Below, piece after piece: positions 22,331-34,725 of a stretch of 34,876 bases of DNA; the first letter of the stretch is position 1, and each line of letters begins with the position of its first letter. The stretch covers positions 170,670,856 to 170,705,731 of the forward strand of contig NC_068981.1 of assembly GCF_001194135.2 (NCBI RefSeq), in the 5' to 3' direction. Source of the DNA: Octopus bimaculoides (Eukaryota). The position numbers and the translations under genes were made by a program. The notes beneath the pieces are model-generated. The model ran no database searches, was not told where the DNA came from, and saw only the letters and a list, made by a program, of their open reading frames with translations.

Positions 22331-23100
22331 GGTGTCGGCAGAAGAGGTGACCTCCTTTTATTTCCAATGGGCTAAAAGCTTCGAGGTGTGTTTTGTTACC
22401 ACACAAGTGATATTTCAGTTTACTGCTCTCGACAGCTACGTGCAGTCCTGTGCCATCTGACAGATTACTTAGTTCTGGTATCATTTCCATGCGCTGATAC
22501 TCCGTCCGTGTGAGAATTTCCATGACTTGACCTGTCAATCTCTGTTTCTGCAGACACTGATCCTTTTTATATCGATCAGAACTGATGCCATCAACCAGCG
22601 GATGTTGATTTCTGAATTCACGTTGATTACCCTTATTCTAAGAGCCCTACAACCGAGATAATTTGGTATGAGGACCAGTTTGTCATTCATTTGGGTAGTT
22701 GTTTAGTGCTTTCTAGCATCATTCTCTATGGCGAATCTCACCTCTAGTTTTAATTTCCTTTCCTCTATATCTCCAAATTGCAATAAAATACTTTTAAAAC
22801 AGTCGGTGTGTTGCATTTTCTGCTTTACGCCTTTTGTTGCTATAGTTTTGTATGTAACTATTCCCAGATTATTTAGTTTCTGGACAGATGTTGCATGTAC
22901 CGTTCCACGTTTAGACCACATTTCTCCGACATAGTTTTCGCACTTTTAATTCACTTAAGTCGATAAAAATTTCTGCGTTCATTTGACGCATCGCGCTGGT
23001 GAAATCGCTAAAGCTAGATTCGTAAGTTATATTTTGTTTTTTTGTTTTTTTATGAAAGTTAATGGTGTTGTTGACGGAGGTGGTGGACCGTGATAATGTG
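22330..23100 (-). mobile_element. Probable Tx1 ORF1 relic
   Basis: Directly upstream of ORF2 on the same strand. LIPNYLGCRALRIRV..IRWLMASVL, and a degenerate knuckle LHVAVES.K..YHLCGNKTH resembling VEGR.P.C..CG..GH. Confidence 0.55.
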
Positions 23101-23592
23101 TTCAACGGAGAATATAATTCCTGTTTTTTTTTTGTTGTTGTTGTGCAGTGTTCTCATGCTATTTGTTGTTTTAAATTTCATTGTTACTTTATTTTTTTTT
23201 AATTCGCCGTGTTGTTCTTGGTGGTTTGGGAGTGTAGCCAAAGTGTGATGGTAGTAATGGTGTTGCTTTCGCAATGCTTTTGGTTGTTGCCATTGCTATT
23301 TGTACAGTGTGTGTTAAATGTTGAAGTCGGTAGTGGAGGGAACATTTTCATAATGGATGTCAGAACGGCCATTATCCTCCTCAATTTGGGAACGCATATT
23401 GCATTCGGTTTTAAAAATATATGAAGTTTTCAATAATAAATTAAAATATTCGCTCTTAAAGGGTTAATTTCTCCACAAATCAACTAACTTCAAAGTGAGT
23501 TGGCTTAATTAGCAGATAGTCCAACAAAATGCAAATATCGAAATTTGAAACAAAAGTTACGACCTGTTAAACAAACAACTTCATAGCACATG

Positions 23593-23667
<75 letters not shown>
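23593..23667. repeat. (AAT)n microsatellite
   Basis: Directly visible. Confidence 0.97.
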
Positions 23668-23699
23668 TCTTCCATGATAATTAACAATCAAGTATCAAA

Positions 23700-23805
23700 G
23701 TTTATAATGTGCGCAAATAGACCCTAAGGGACCTTTGACAGCAGGTTGCTGTCCGCTCTCACACATTCTACTAGAGCAAACAAGGCCGAGTACACCGAGA
23801 AGTAA

Positions 23806-23806
<1 letters not shown>
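23700..23806 (+). mobile_element. Possible very short 3' UTR fragment of an R4/Dong-like LINE
   Basis: 'cctaagggac..gcaggttgctgtccgct' echoes the 3' UTR of the 18130-18510 copy, and ends directly in (AAT)n. Confidence 0.4.

Positions 23807-23864
<58 letters not shown>
23807..23864. repeat. (AAT)n microsatellite
   Basis: Directly visible. Confidence 0.97.
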
Positions 23865-23867
23865 CAA

Positions 23868-24990
23868 CACAGGAAGTCAAGAAAACTCCTAACGTTGCAT
23901 GGAGCACACCATCCACGTGCAGACACAGATCGCCTATGTATGAAGAGAACATCTGGAGGAAGAGGACTGGTAAGTTTGGAAGACTGCGTACGTATCGAAC
24001 TCGAGAGTTTAATTAGATTCCTAGCCCAAAGTAAGGAAACCTTGCTAGTGCCAGTTAGGAAGGAGAGAGTAGCGAAAGAGGGTAAAACAAAGGAAGACGT
24101 ACAAAAAGGACATAAAGAAGAATTACGCAACAAGGACTCCACGATCAATTCCATACAGCCACAACAGAAGTTCCTGGAAAAAATAAGTCGTATAGGCTGA
24201 AGAAAGGAACACTAAACAAAAAGAGACCGAGAGCACTATACTGGCAGTCCAAGAACAATCTTTGGTCTTGAACTGGATGGTCAACCATTGAAATGAGCAA
24301 GTGTCTCCGCTGTGACGCATCTGTTATAGAGTGGATGAAACCATTGCCCATATCACGATGGAATATTTTAGACTTGCCCAAAAGCACAATGTTATGGCGA
24401 CATGGTCAGTTAGCGAAAGTACTATTTTGGAAACTGCGAAAAGTGGGGGGGGGCAGAGAGAGGCAAGATGTGGTATAGGCACGAACCACAGAGAGTGGCC
24501 GAGTCGGAGACTAGCAAAATCCTCTGGGTTTTCTCAATGCAAACAGACCAGGTGTTAAAGCATAACAGACCGGAACTACTGGTGGTCGACACGATGCACC
24601 ACATATGCTACATAGTTGATGTTGCATGCCCCTTTGACTCAAAAATATTCAACAAGAAAGCACAAAAAATAGATAAAAACAACCCTCTTAAGTACGAAAT
24701 AGCCCGGCTATGGAAAATGAAGAAGGTGAACATAGTGCCAATTATTGATGGATAATAGTAATTGGCGCACTTGGAAATATCAGCTCTCAACTGCCAACAT
24801 GGCTCAAGAAGGTTGATACATATATATATAGAGAGAAAACCTACAAACATCAACATACCTTGGAACTGCAAGAATTCTTCGCATGGTTCTTGAAGTATGA
24901 CCAGTAAACAAGTGTCACTTTAGTCTACTGACTGTGGACAGCTGACAATTTCCATCACATTCAGCAAAATAAGCTGAGAACTTTTCATCA
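23868..24990 (+). mobile_element. R4/Dong-like RLE LINE, 5'-truncated (RT thumb, CCHC, RLE, 3' UTR)
   Basis: RKLLTLHGAHHPRADTDRL..GGRGLVSLEDC; SPL*RIC...ETIAHI; WYRHEP..KILW..QTD..HNRPELLVVD..IVDVACPFD..LKYEIARLWKMKKV; LGTARILRMVLEV* (stop 24898-24900). Confidence 0.93.

Positions 24991-25054
<64 letters not shown>
24991..25054. repeat. (AAT)n microsatellite / LINE tail
   Basis: Directly visible. Confidence 0.97.
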
Positions 25055-25057
<3 letters not shown>

Positions 25058-25376
25058 GCCTTGATGCAGTACCAGGCAATGGCTCTCATGGCTTCTGATC
25101 TTAATCGATTGGAATTGTTATCATGTACATTGTTTTGTCTTGGTATAAAAGATGGGCTACAGCAAATATTCTGCTCAATGCTTGTCAGTTGTTTGACCAT
25201 AACCAGTTGAGCATGTCCCTTGGTGGCTGACGATATGTGCATCTCTGATCATGAGCAGAAGTAGTGGAGGATCATCATAGTAATGTGTTGAGAGGAAATC
25301 TTTGGGGTTTGAATAATTCGCCTTTGGAAACATGGGTATTTTGCTCAACATCCTTAAAGAAACCTTATTCAGGGAC
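25055..25376 (+). repeat. Unclassified interspersed repeat, copy 2 (family also at 4821-5098)
   Basis: Starts immediately after (AAT)n. 25214-25376 aligns to 4821-4984. Confidence 0.85.
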
Positions 25377-26959
25377 GTGTTAACTGGAACGACTGATGAA
25401 TTTATTTATTTATTTATTTTTATATACATATGNNNNNNNNNNNNNNNNNNNNNNNNNNNNNNNNNNNNNNNNNNNNNNNNNNNNNNNNNNNNNNNNNNNN
25501 NNNNNNNNNNNNNNNNNNNNNNNNNNNNNNNNNNNNNNNNNNNNNNNNNNNNNNNNNNNNNNNNNNNNNNNNNNNNNNNNNNNNNNNNNNNNNNNNNNNN
25601 NNNNNNNNNNNNNNNNNNNNNNNNNNNNNNNNNNNNNNNNNNNNNNNNNNNNNNNNNNNNNNNNNNNNNNNNNNNNNNNNNNNNNNNNNNNNNNNNNNNN
25701 NNNNNNNNNNNNNNNNNNNNNNNNNNNNNNNNNNNNNNNNNNNNNNNNNNNNNNNNNNNNNNNNNNNNNNNNNNNNNNNNNNNNNNNNNNNNNNNNNNNN
25801 NNNNNNNNNNNNNNNNNNNNNNNNNNNNNNNNNNNNNNNNNNNNNNNNNNNNNNNNNNNNNNNNNNNNNNNNNNNNNNNNNNNNNNNNNNNNNNNNNATC
25901 GAGTAGCTACCTCACAGAATATGGCGCCTTATTCTACAACAGCTAGCTCAAGTATGGCTTTTTTTGTCATAGGAGTCATAACAACTACTTTCATTTTTTT
26001 TTTTGTTTTTCCATTTTTATTCAGCATTCCACTTTCGTATCTACATTCTCATTTTTTCACGTGATTCCTCTTGTATCAGCGACCTATTTTAAAAACTAAA
26101 TCGAGCATGTGTTCAGAACTTAACGATTGTTTGGATACACAAAACCTGGTTAGACGCGCGTAATCAATGCAAGAAACTATTAGTAGCTTGTACCTTTATA
26201 CTATGCATATTAAATTATACACATACACACACACATACACACACATATACACACACACATACACACAGACACACACACACACACACAGAAACATATATAT
26301 ATATATATGTGTGTGTGTGTATATGTTGAATGTATATATGTATTCTAATACTCGAACCTCTCCTCTCTCTCCTCCTGTTGTGGTTTTGTAGATGTTTGAT
26401 GCATATCCGGAATGCAACATTGTTCTCATAGAAATATATTCTGAATTATCTTCCTGTTTTCATTTTGGTCTCTTATTATTATACAAGGATCAACAATATT
26501 TCCGGTATAATGACTTTGTTTACGTTTAAAGCATTACAGAAAAATCATTCTCTTCAAAAGTTAAAGCTAACTGTATTTATGTAATGATATATGTTCATTC
26601 ATTACCGAAAATCCATATCACAATTTTAATGGTAATTTTAATATTGCTACATGCAAGCATACAAACAGTAGGACGACACAAACAAATTCAAATATAACCA
26701 AAGGTGAATTAACTGTAAACTATTCGCTAGTTAGATGATATGTATAAGTTCTCAAGCATGTACACATACACACACACAGACATACACACACACGCGTGCG
26801 CGCTTACGCCCGAACAAACACAGACATTTTGTTGAGTAGTGTATCAGTACGCATGCATGTGTTTATATGCGTGTTTAACTAAGAGAAAATTAAAGAAACG
26901 AAATGAAACGAAATTACATGCCATGAATAGCAAGATTAAAGAAATGTGATCTGGCAAAA

Positions 26960-27310
26960 TAACCATGGCTGGATGTATAGCACTGGGAACCAATACCGAA
27001 GTACGCCCATACCCTGAGCGAAGAAGATCGAACAACTAAATGTAAGGCAAACCTGCTCGTCATATGGAGGTATAAAATCAAAGAAAGCACACCTAAGTAG
27101 GAAGAAAAAAATGAGAATTGTGAAAAATCGATTCCATAGATCCGACAGTCCGATAGCAGAAGAGAAGATATACATGTAAAAAAGGGAAAGAATGAAATAC
27201 TTGTCAACCTTTAAATCAGATACGCACTGAAAAATAAGAAATGTAGGAAAACAGTGAGACCAGGCGCCACTCATACAGAGATGATATCGGTACGAAGATT
27301 TGGCATTGAC
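26960..27310 (+). mobile_element. Possible very old RTE-like RT remnant
   Basis: Faint ordered echoes (NQYRS, IAEE, QIRTEK, KIWH) of NYR..AEEQAGFR..LR.I.EK..FD.VWH across frames. Could be chance. Confidence 0.25.
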
Positions 27311-28470
27311 AAAATAACAATGCCGCTCAATAATATATACGGATAGAGACTCGGGATTAAGTGTTCATATCGGATTTTGTAACTTCATGGTGAATACAAC
27401 TATTAGCTTTATGAACCAAGTTAGAAAAGTTTTCTCCGTGTTCTTATGTTATAATCCGGAAATAAAATCAAGCTTGAATTATAGGAAGCACAATGTGTAT
27501 GTCTTGAAAATGAAAAAAACAGCGAACGTTGTGTAGATATTGATTGTTTTGAATACAATTAATTAAGATAGGAAGAAAATATATCACAACATATAAAAGG
27601 ACTTGGCTGTTTTTAAAATATGAAACATGCCAAATAAGCAGCTGCACTAAGTGTGAGGAAACTAACACTTACCGCATACAGTGAATTAATTCATATATAC
27701 AGCTACGTGACATGGTAAATGAAATGTGTGCAAACATATATTAATAATGCAGAGGTATGTTCTCTTCGGCAAATAGTGATTGCGCTCAATAGTGATATAG
27801 TGACCAACGTCGAAATGTTTACAAGAGCAAATACCTCTAGAAAGCTTCCTACTAGCATAAAGAGACGCAGGCTAAGTACACTGGATAATATATGGAAATA
27901 TATATCTAGATTTCTTAGTGACAGTCGATTAATTATAAGGAAGAGAACTCCAGGCACGACACAGTAGTAAGGTGCTTCGTTACTTTATAACCTAGCTTTA
28001 GAAAACCCAGCCAACTAGTTTTTTTTTTTGCTTTTTTTAGGACAGATGTAGAGGTTCATAATGCACGGTAAGTGTAGGCATGGTAGAATAACTTGAGGCG
28101 TTTAACAACTCAGCAAGGGAGTTACATACGTTTTTATTTCTTCCTTAATATTGCTGCCTTATTCAATATTACTCTTGTAATATATTTTCAAATGGCTATA
28201 AGTTTTCGAAGATATAATTGTTGCAGCTTCAATGTGCAGTTTAAGATTAAATCGTTTGGTTAACTAAGCTGTTTTATATATCTTATATATATATATATAA
28301 GAGAGTTTTATGTGTGTGTATGTCTGTGTGTGTGCGCGTACATTCCTTATGCATTCCAAAACCGAGTTGCTGTTTTTGACGTATGGGGTATCAAAAGATT
28401 CAACAGGAGTTTGGCTACCAACTAAACTATATTTTCATTCACATATCTGCATTTTAAAAATTTAATAAAA

Positions 28471-28590
28471 ATTTTTCATTTAGTCACCTATTGCAAACGA
28501 CATTCTATATTACCACCATATGACAATGACGTCACATTTTCTATATGAGTGTGTTCGCGCGTTCGTTATCTACGTTAGGCCGATGACTGA
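28471..28590 (-). repeat. Unclassified CpG-rich dispersed repeat with TGACGTCA, copy 2
   Basis: Reverse complement aligns to 11952-12070. Confidence 0.85.
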
Positions 28591-28804
28591 AAAGTATATG
28601 TGTGTGACAAAGTATGTATCTCAGTATACATACATACATTCAATCTCTCACAGAGAGATTGAATGGGTAAGAATCAAACAGAAATCGGTGCATTATGAGC
28701 ATAGTGAGGAAACAGAAGTTGGCTGTCGCTGAAAAGCACTCTCCGGTTTTTAATACTTGTGCAATGAATAGTTTCCTTAGAAACTTGTGAAATTAACTGT
28801 TTGA

Positions 28805-28862
28805 TTCATACATACATACATACATACATACATACATACATACATACAGAGAGAGGGAGAAG

Positions 28863-28925
<63 letters not shown>
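28805..28925. repeat. (CATA)n and (GATA)n microsatellites
   Basis: Directly visible. Confidence 0.97.
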
Positions 28926-28926
<1 letters not shown>

Positions 28927-29090
28927 GAGAATAGTCGCTACCCATGAATTTATTTAGAAGTATCCCTTCTACTACTGCTACTACAACCACAACATGTCAC
29001 TGTGAGGCCACTTGGTCATTTAAATAGATTACACGGACCGCGTTTCCTACTGGCAATACCACTCCCATCTTTTTCTTCTACTTCTCTTTT

Positions 29091-29716
29091 TTTTCTTCTT
29101 CTTCTTCTTCTTCTTCTTCTTCTTCTTCTTCTTCTTCTTCTTCTTCTTCTTTTTCTTCTTCTTCTTCTTCTTCTTCTTCTTCTTCTTCTTCTTCTTCTTC
29201 TTCTTCTTCTTCTTCTTCTTCTTCTTCTTCTTCTTCNNNNNNNNNNNNNNNNNNNNNNNNNNNNNNNNNNNNNNNNNNNNNNNNNNNNNNNNNNNNNNNN
29301 NNNNNNNNNNNNNNNNNNNNNNNNNNNNNNNNNNNNNNNNNNNNNNNNNNNNNNNNNNNNNNNNNNNNNNNNNNNNNNNNNNNNNNNNNNNNNNNNNNNN
29401 NNNNNNNNNNNNNNNNNNNNNNNNNNNNNNNNNNNNNNNNNNNNNNNNNNNNNNNNNNNNNNNNNNNNNNNNNNNNNNNNNNNNNNNNNNNNNNNNNNNN
29501 NNNNNNNNNNNNNNNNNNNNNNNNNNNNNNNNNNNNNNNNNNNNNNNNNNNNNNNNNNNNNNNNNNNNNNNNNNNNNNNNNNNNNNNNNNNNNNNNNNNN
29601 NNNNNNNNNNNNNNNNNNNNNNNNNNNNNNNNNNNNNNNNNNNNNNNNNNNNNNNNNNNNNNNNNNNNNNNNNNNNNNNNNNNNNNNNNNNNNNNNNNNN
29701 NNNNNNNNNNNNNNNN

Positions 29717-29773
<57 letters not shown>
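29091..29773. repeat. (CTT)n, then gap, then (GA)n microsatellites
   Basis: Directly visible. The poly-L/poly-E ORFs here are artefacts. Confidence 0.97.
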
Positions 29774-29775
<2 letters not shown>

Positions 29776-31257
29776 AATTCAGAGCAATATCCACCTGTAT
29801 TTTACTATTAGTTTAAAAAGTCGAAATTATGGAAACCGATACTAACCATCGCAAAATGTATTTCATGATAAAATTATTTTAGCATTTTGTGCGTAGTCTT
29901 ATTTTTCTTTTACATATCAACTCAATTTTCAATTTTCAAAATTCTACACACACACACATTGTGAACTTACGAATTCAAAGCGAACTTTTCTTAATGTATC
30001 TACCACAACAATTTCTACAGTAATATCAACAGTTTTGCCACCATGGTTACCACAAAGAAATGTGGCATTAACAGAATGACTATAATTAAACTTTATCAAA
30101 TTAGGATTACATTCAAGTTTCAAATAATATTTATGCATTCATTTAATTTCTTCTTTTCCTATATACGGTAATACGCTAGAAGCGTATATTATACCTGGGT
30201 AAATCTCTATAGAAATAGATATGCGATTGATCTCTCATATATGCGTTGCATTAAAAAATAAATAAAAACTTTGTAGCATTTTACTGTTATGACAATGAAA
30301 TAGTTATTTGATAGTGACATCACATTCTATAATGAAGGCATATTTTTTAGCTTTAGTGATATTTATTCGCACCTCTGCATCTGAACACGACTTTTACTTT
30401 CAATTAGTTTTATTTTTCTTTCTTTTGATAGTTTATATCAGATTCTTGTATTTCTCAACCAGGCAAATTGTACATCATTTTTATATATATTAATAAATAA
30501 TGTTGTGGTCCCAATTATAGATACAGTTCTGTGATCCCGATTATTGATAGAATGCTGTGGACTGAAGAGAAATAACGATGATGTCTCAATTATTGTCATG
30601 TTATCATGTACATATTCTTCTGTTCCCAGCAAACCTGGAACTGGGAGAGAACATTTTATCTTTAGATATCAGCTCTTGAGAGCAGTGCGTATCTCTGGTT
30701 TTCAATGTGTTGTTTTTAATTTTTATGCAGTTTCATTCGATGACATCTATGGATCTAGTTTTCTTTACTACACAGTGTTTGGAAAACACATATCATTAAA
30801 CGGTCAGAAATTCGCTTCATATAACTGTATTCTGGTTGCAATTCCGGCGTTACTCAGTCGTACTGCATATTTCTTTACATTCAATGAATACAGATTCAGT
30901 TTTCCTACGTAAATAAGGTTATTGTTATCATACTCATATTAAGCAGTTTGTAATAGAGAGTCACATCCAAAAGTTACTCTCTGAAAGTCATATCATAATA
31001 TTATAAATATATTTATATATGCACTAAATTTGCCGTGAAATAGTTCACCTGTTTGTTAAGGATTGCGCTTTATCTAACTGTGTTACATTATATGTTCTGC
31101 ATATTCTACATTTGAAATTTCTAAATGTACATTCGGAATATGTTTCATTTGCAGTTACAAAGTTACTGACAATGTTTGCTTTCTAATTAACGGCCACCAC
31201 TTAATTTACCTTTCTGTGGAGGGAGTATTTTCCATCTGTTATATATATTAATTACGT

Positions 31258-31374
31258 ATACACACACATACACACATGCACACATACATACATTACAAAC
31301 ATACATACATACATACATACATACATACATACATACATACGTACATGCATACATACATACATACATACATGACA

Positions 31375-31415
<41 letters not shown>

Positions 31416-31445
31416 GCACACATATATAGATATATATATATATTT
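31258..31445. repeat. (CATA)n/(CA)n/(TA)n microsatellites
   Basis: Directly visible. Confidence 0.95.
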
Positions 31446-32144
31446 ATCAGCGACGTAAGTTTGCTGCGTATCTCCAACATCAGTGTCTGCAGGGGCCCTG
31501 TGAATTTATATATCTTGTTGGTCTAAGAAGTAATGCATGGTGCCAGGATGTTCGACTCGCCTCAAATATAACAAACTACTCCAAATTATTGTTAGACTAT
31601 GAGGATAAGTGGAGTCAAAACCGACTTCTTTTAACTGGCATTGAATTGTATTAGTTGTAATCAGTTAAACCAAATTAAGTCAAACCAAAAAGTGATATTT
31701 TGAAATCATTTAAAGCTTGTATAACATGTCATAGGAAATACATTTTTTCCATAAACCTTCCTCAGTTTACGTAATGGGTGCTTTTCCTATTATATATGAT
31801 GGAAACCTGAAGCGTATGCATGAATCGATTTCGAAATAGAAATACTTGGTTTGTCTTCATGAATACGACTATATATATATATTTATTATGCTTTTGATCA
31901 ATTATCTAAAATAGTTGAAGGAAATATAATACCATAAATTTTTGACAGACAAAATTTAGGAAATATACTACGAAACTTACATGCATATTTATTGCTGAAA
32001 CTTATCTGAATACTCTAAGAAATGAAAATCGAAATTTGTGAAGGCAAGAAATCGCCGCGAACAATCTTAAAAATGTTGATAATTACAATGTAAACAATTC
32101 ATTAGTTGTTAGTGCATATACATATATATAGCTACAAACAACTT

Positions 32145-32810
32145 GCAGATGCAAGTGCTACCAGATGAAAGATCTGCATAAGGGGTTACCAGGAGAGGAT
32201 GCGCGTCGTTTCGGGGCCTAACTCTCGACTCGACACTATCATTGCGCACCGCGCCCCCTCAATGAAATAAGGTCTCGCTTGCTAGATCAACTGGTTATCA
32301 GGTCTCACTCAATATTCGTCTAGCCCTTGTTCATCGTATCTTTTTAAACAAATCCAGTGGCTTGCCTTTTCCACTACAGTTTGGATATCAGCCGTGGTGG
32401 TATTTGCTTTACGATGACTTAGGCTTAACTACAACAGTCGCATCACACTCTGTTCAACGAATTTTCCACATCCGAGTTCGATTGGAAAATGCTCCGCTTT
32501 CCAACCTGTGTCAACACATTCCTTCAGGAGGTTTTCATAATGGCTAATATTTTAAGCCGGAGCAGCGTCCATGTTATTTTCATGAGGAACCGTTAACTCG
32601 ACTAGAATTGCCCCTTTCTTTCTTTCAAACCATATTAATGATATCCGGTTTCTTCGTAACTGGAACGGGAAAGAATACTTGGCACCCTGATGGATATGCA
32701 GTTACCTCCCAATAGCCGTCCCAATTTTCATCGCTGAGAGGAAGTTTCTTCTAAGACCAAACTCTCGGTGCTGTACAGACAAAGCTTATCTTTAATGTTG
32801 TAAATATGTC
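32145..32810 (-). mobile_element. HERO-like RLE LINE 3' fragment
   Basis: WEVTA..FPVPVTKKPDII, frameshift, ILVELTVPHENN..YENLLKEC..GWKAEHFPIELGCGKF..ASHWICLKR, stop at 32309-32311, then a GC-richer 3' UTR. ELTVPxEE and PxEVGCRGF are HERO/NeSL-group hallmarks. Confidence 0.85.
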
Positions 32811-33339
32811 TTTAGAGTGATATGCTTACTTAAATATATGCAAAACTTAAGAGGAAAATTTTCCATTGTCTATAAGGGACAACTAAATATTTCTATGGTG
32901 GAATAGTGATATTATGAAAATTGGTAGTTCCTTTAGTATTATATATAAAGGGATAGTAGAAGTAAAGTTTTGAACATTAAATAGAGATGATATATAATAT
33001 GTCTGAAGTAGTTTACATAATATGCAACTCTCACGTGGCAAAATTCCAATACACAGTCACAAATATATACGCATATATACTTAGACATGCGTGTATATAT
33101 ATGCGTGCGTGAGCGCGCGTGTGTGTATATGTGTGTGCGTGTGTTAATGTGCCTGTGTATATGTGCGTCTGTACTTACACTATGTATATACAAACGCACA
33201 TGCGTACATACGTATGTATATACAGAATGAGACAAGAAAATTATAAAATTCATACATTAAGACTGTTCATACATTGAGTCGAATGAATGTTGGCGACTAC
33301 TTAAAACAACTACAAAGTTAAACCAAACCGGTTACACAT

Positions 33340-33620
33340 TGATGCGTGGGACTACGAGATAAAACTATGATATCTAAACTTGCGCTCGGGACACTAATTT
33401 AATCAGAAACATACAGGAGAATGAAAATCATTTATGGACTATTGGAAAATGATTTGCAAATGTAGTAGCCAAGAGAGATTTACAGGTTCTTCTTGATAGA
33501 AGATTCACACCAGTCTGTGGTAGCAAAATATGATTTAGCATGAGTTCTTGGGAAGAGATGCACCACATTAATTAGCACACTACACATCATCATATCTGGG
33601 ACTGCAACATTTGCAAAACC
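33340..33620 (+). mobile_element. Possible ancient CR1/L2 RT C-terminal remnant
   Basis: FNQK..; TIGK*FANVVAKRDLQVLLDRR resembles Y.L.G..L..V..EKDLGV..D. Very degraded. Confidence 0.35.
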
Positions 33621-34364
33621 TTTTTTTCAAGACTTAAAATACCATAAACAAATCAAGGCACTTTCCTTCAAAACGTTTCTGCTAATACAGATTGTCGATC
33701 AAAATTAACTGAGAATTAAAAAGAGAAATGGAAAAACATACACAATTAATCTTATCTTATGTAGAAAGTCGAGTCGCGTAGGACTCGTGTTATGTTATTC
33801 TATTAATACAGTTCGAATTCTTCTCCGCCTTGAAAATATCATGCAATGAAAATTCACTGCTACTTACATATTTGCAATAATGTAGAAAATACTGACCATC
33901 GAAGCACACTGCGAACAGTAATCAGACCTTTTGATATTTAAAGGATACACGCATTAGAAACCCTTGCAAGATGAAATTTAAGCAGCTTATTGAGTCAGTC
34001 ATAGAGTTTATAGTGTATGATTTCTTTCATATTGGAAAAAAAAAACGCCTTTTATATTTTACGCAGCACGCACATGTAACTCATGATCTTTATGTTCATG
34101 ATTGGTATTAATTGCAATCAATAACGACATTTTACGAATAAAAGCAGCGCATTTTCATCCAGCGTATCAAAATAGTTTATTAAAAACCATTGTCAGATTC
34201 TCTATATCAAGTATTCTCATCATGCTGATATTTTCATATCACCCGTCACCCTCAGTTTTGCAATCATTATTTATTTATGATTTTCATTTCGCTTTGTCAT
34301 ATTCACAGACTTTTCATCATTCTAATTACTCTCTCTTTCAAGGTATATTCTCGGTACTTTTTCA

Positions 34365-34366
<2 letters not shown>

Positions 34367-34420
<54 letters not shown>

Positions 34421-34509
34421 ACGTATATCGATAGGTAGGTATTTAGATACCTAGATACATACACACACATACATACATACATACATACATACATACATGC
34501 ATGCATACA

Positions 34510-34541
<32 letters not shown>

Positions 34542-34665
34542 GACATAAACAGATTATCCTAGTATGCTTACACATACATGTTGACATCTACTTGCAACGG
34601 GTGAAAGATGTAATAGATAAAAGATATGTGTGTGTGAGTGTGGTTATGTGTGTGTGTGTGGTGTG

Positions 34666-34716
<51 letters not shown>

Positions 34717-34725
34717 TGTGTATAC
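34367..34725. repeat. (TA)n, (CATA)n, (TG)n microsatellites
   Basis: Directly visible. Confidence 0.95.

Larger units (their letters stand above)
3287..29716. other. Six scaffold gaps: 3287-3422, 10204-10368, 12394-12703, 18720-19051, 25433-25897, 29237-29716
   Basis: Runs of N, mostly adjacent to microsatellites. The coordinates span first to last gap only. Confidence 0.99.

Noticed and set aside
23593-25054. Repeat-spacer-repeat layout superficially like a CRISPR array
   Set aside because: The repeats are variable-length (AAT)n, the spacers are retrotransposon fragments, the context is eukaryotic and there are no cas genes.
30544-30912. 122-aa plus-strand ORF
   Set aside because: No recognisable domain, composition typical of AT-rich non-coding DNA, and no convincing splice or start context.
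30804-30920. Minus-strand peptide LIYVGKLNLYSLNVKKYAVRLSNAGIATRIQLYE, resembling the C-terminal segment of HSL-family alpha/beta hydrolases
   Set aside because: Only 44 codons between stops, catalytic Asp and His positions absent, no good splice sites and no other hydrolase exons seen. Probably chance; a tBLASTn would settle it.
32200-32290. GAAAC flanked by GC-rich stems in the HERO 3' UTR, considered as a possible ribozyme
   Set aside because: No CUGANGA core or HDV-type nested pseudoknot could be built by eye.
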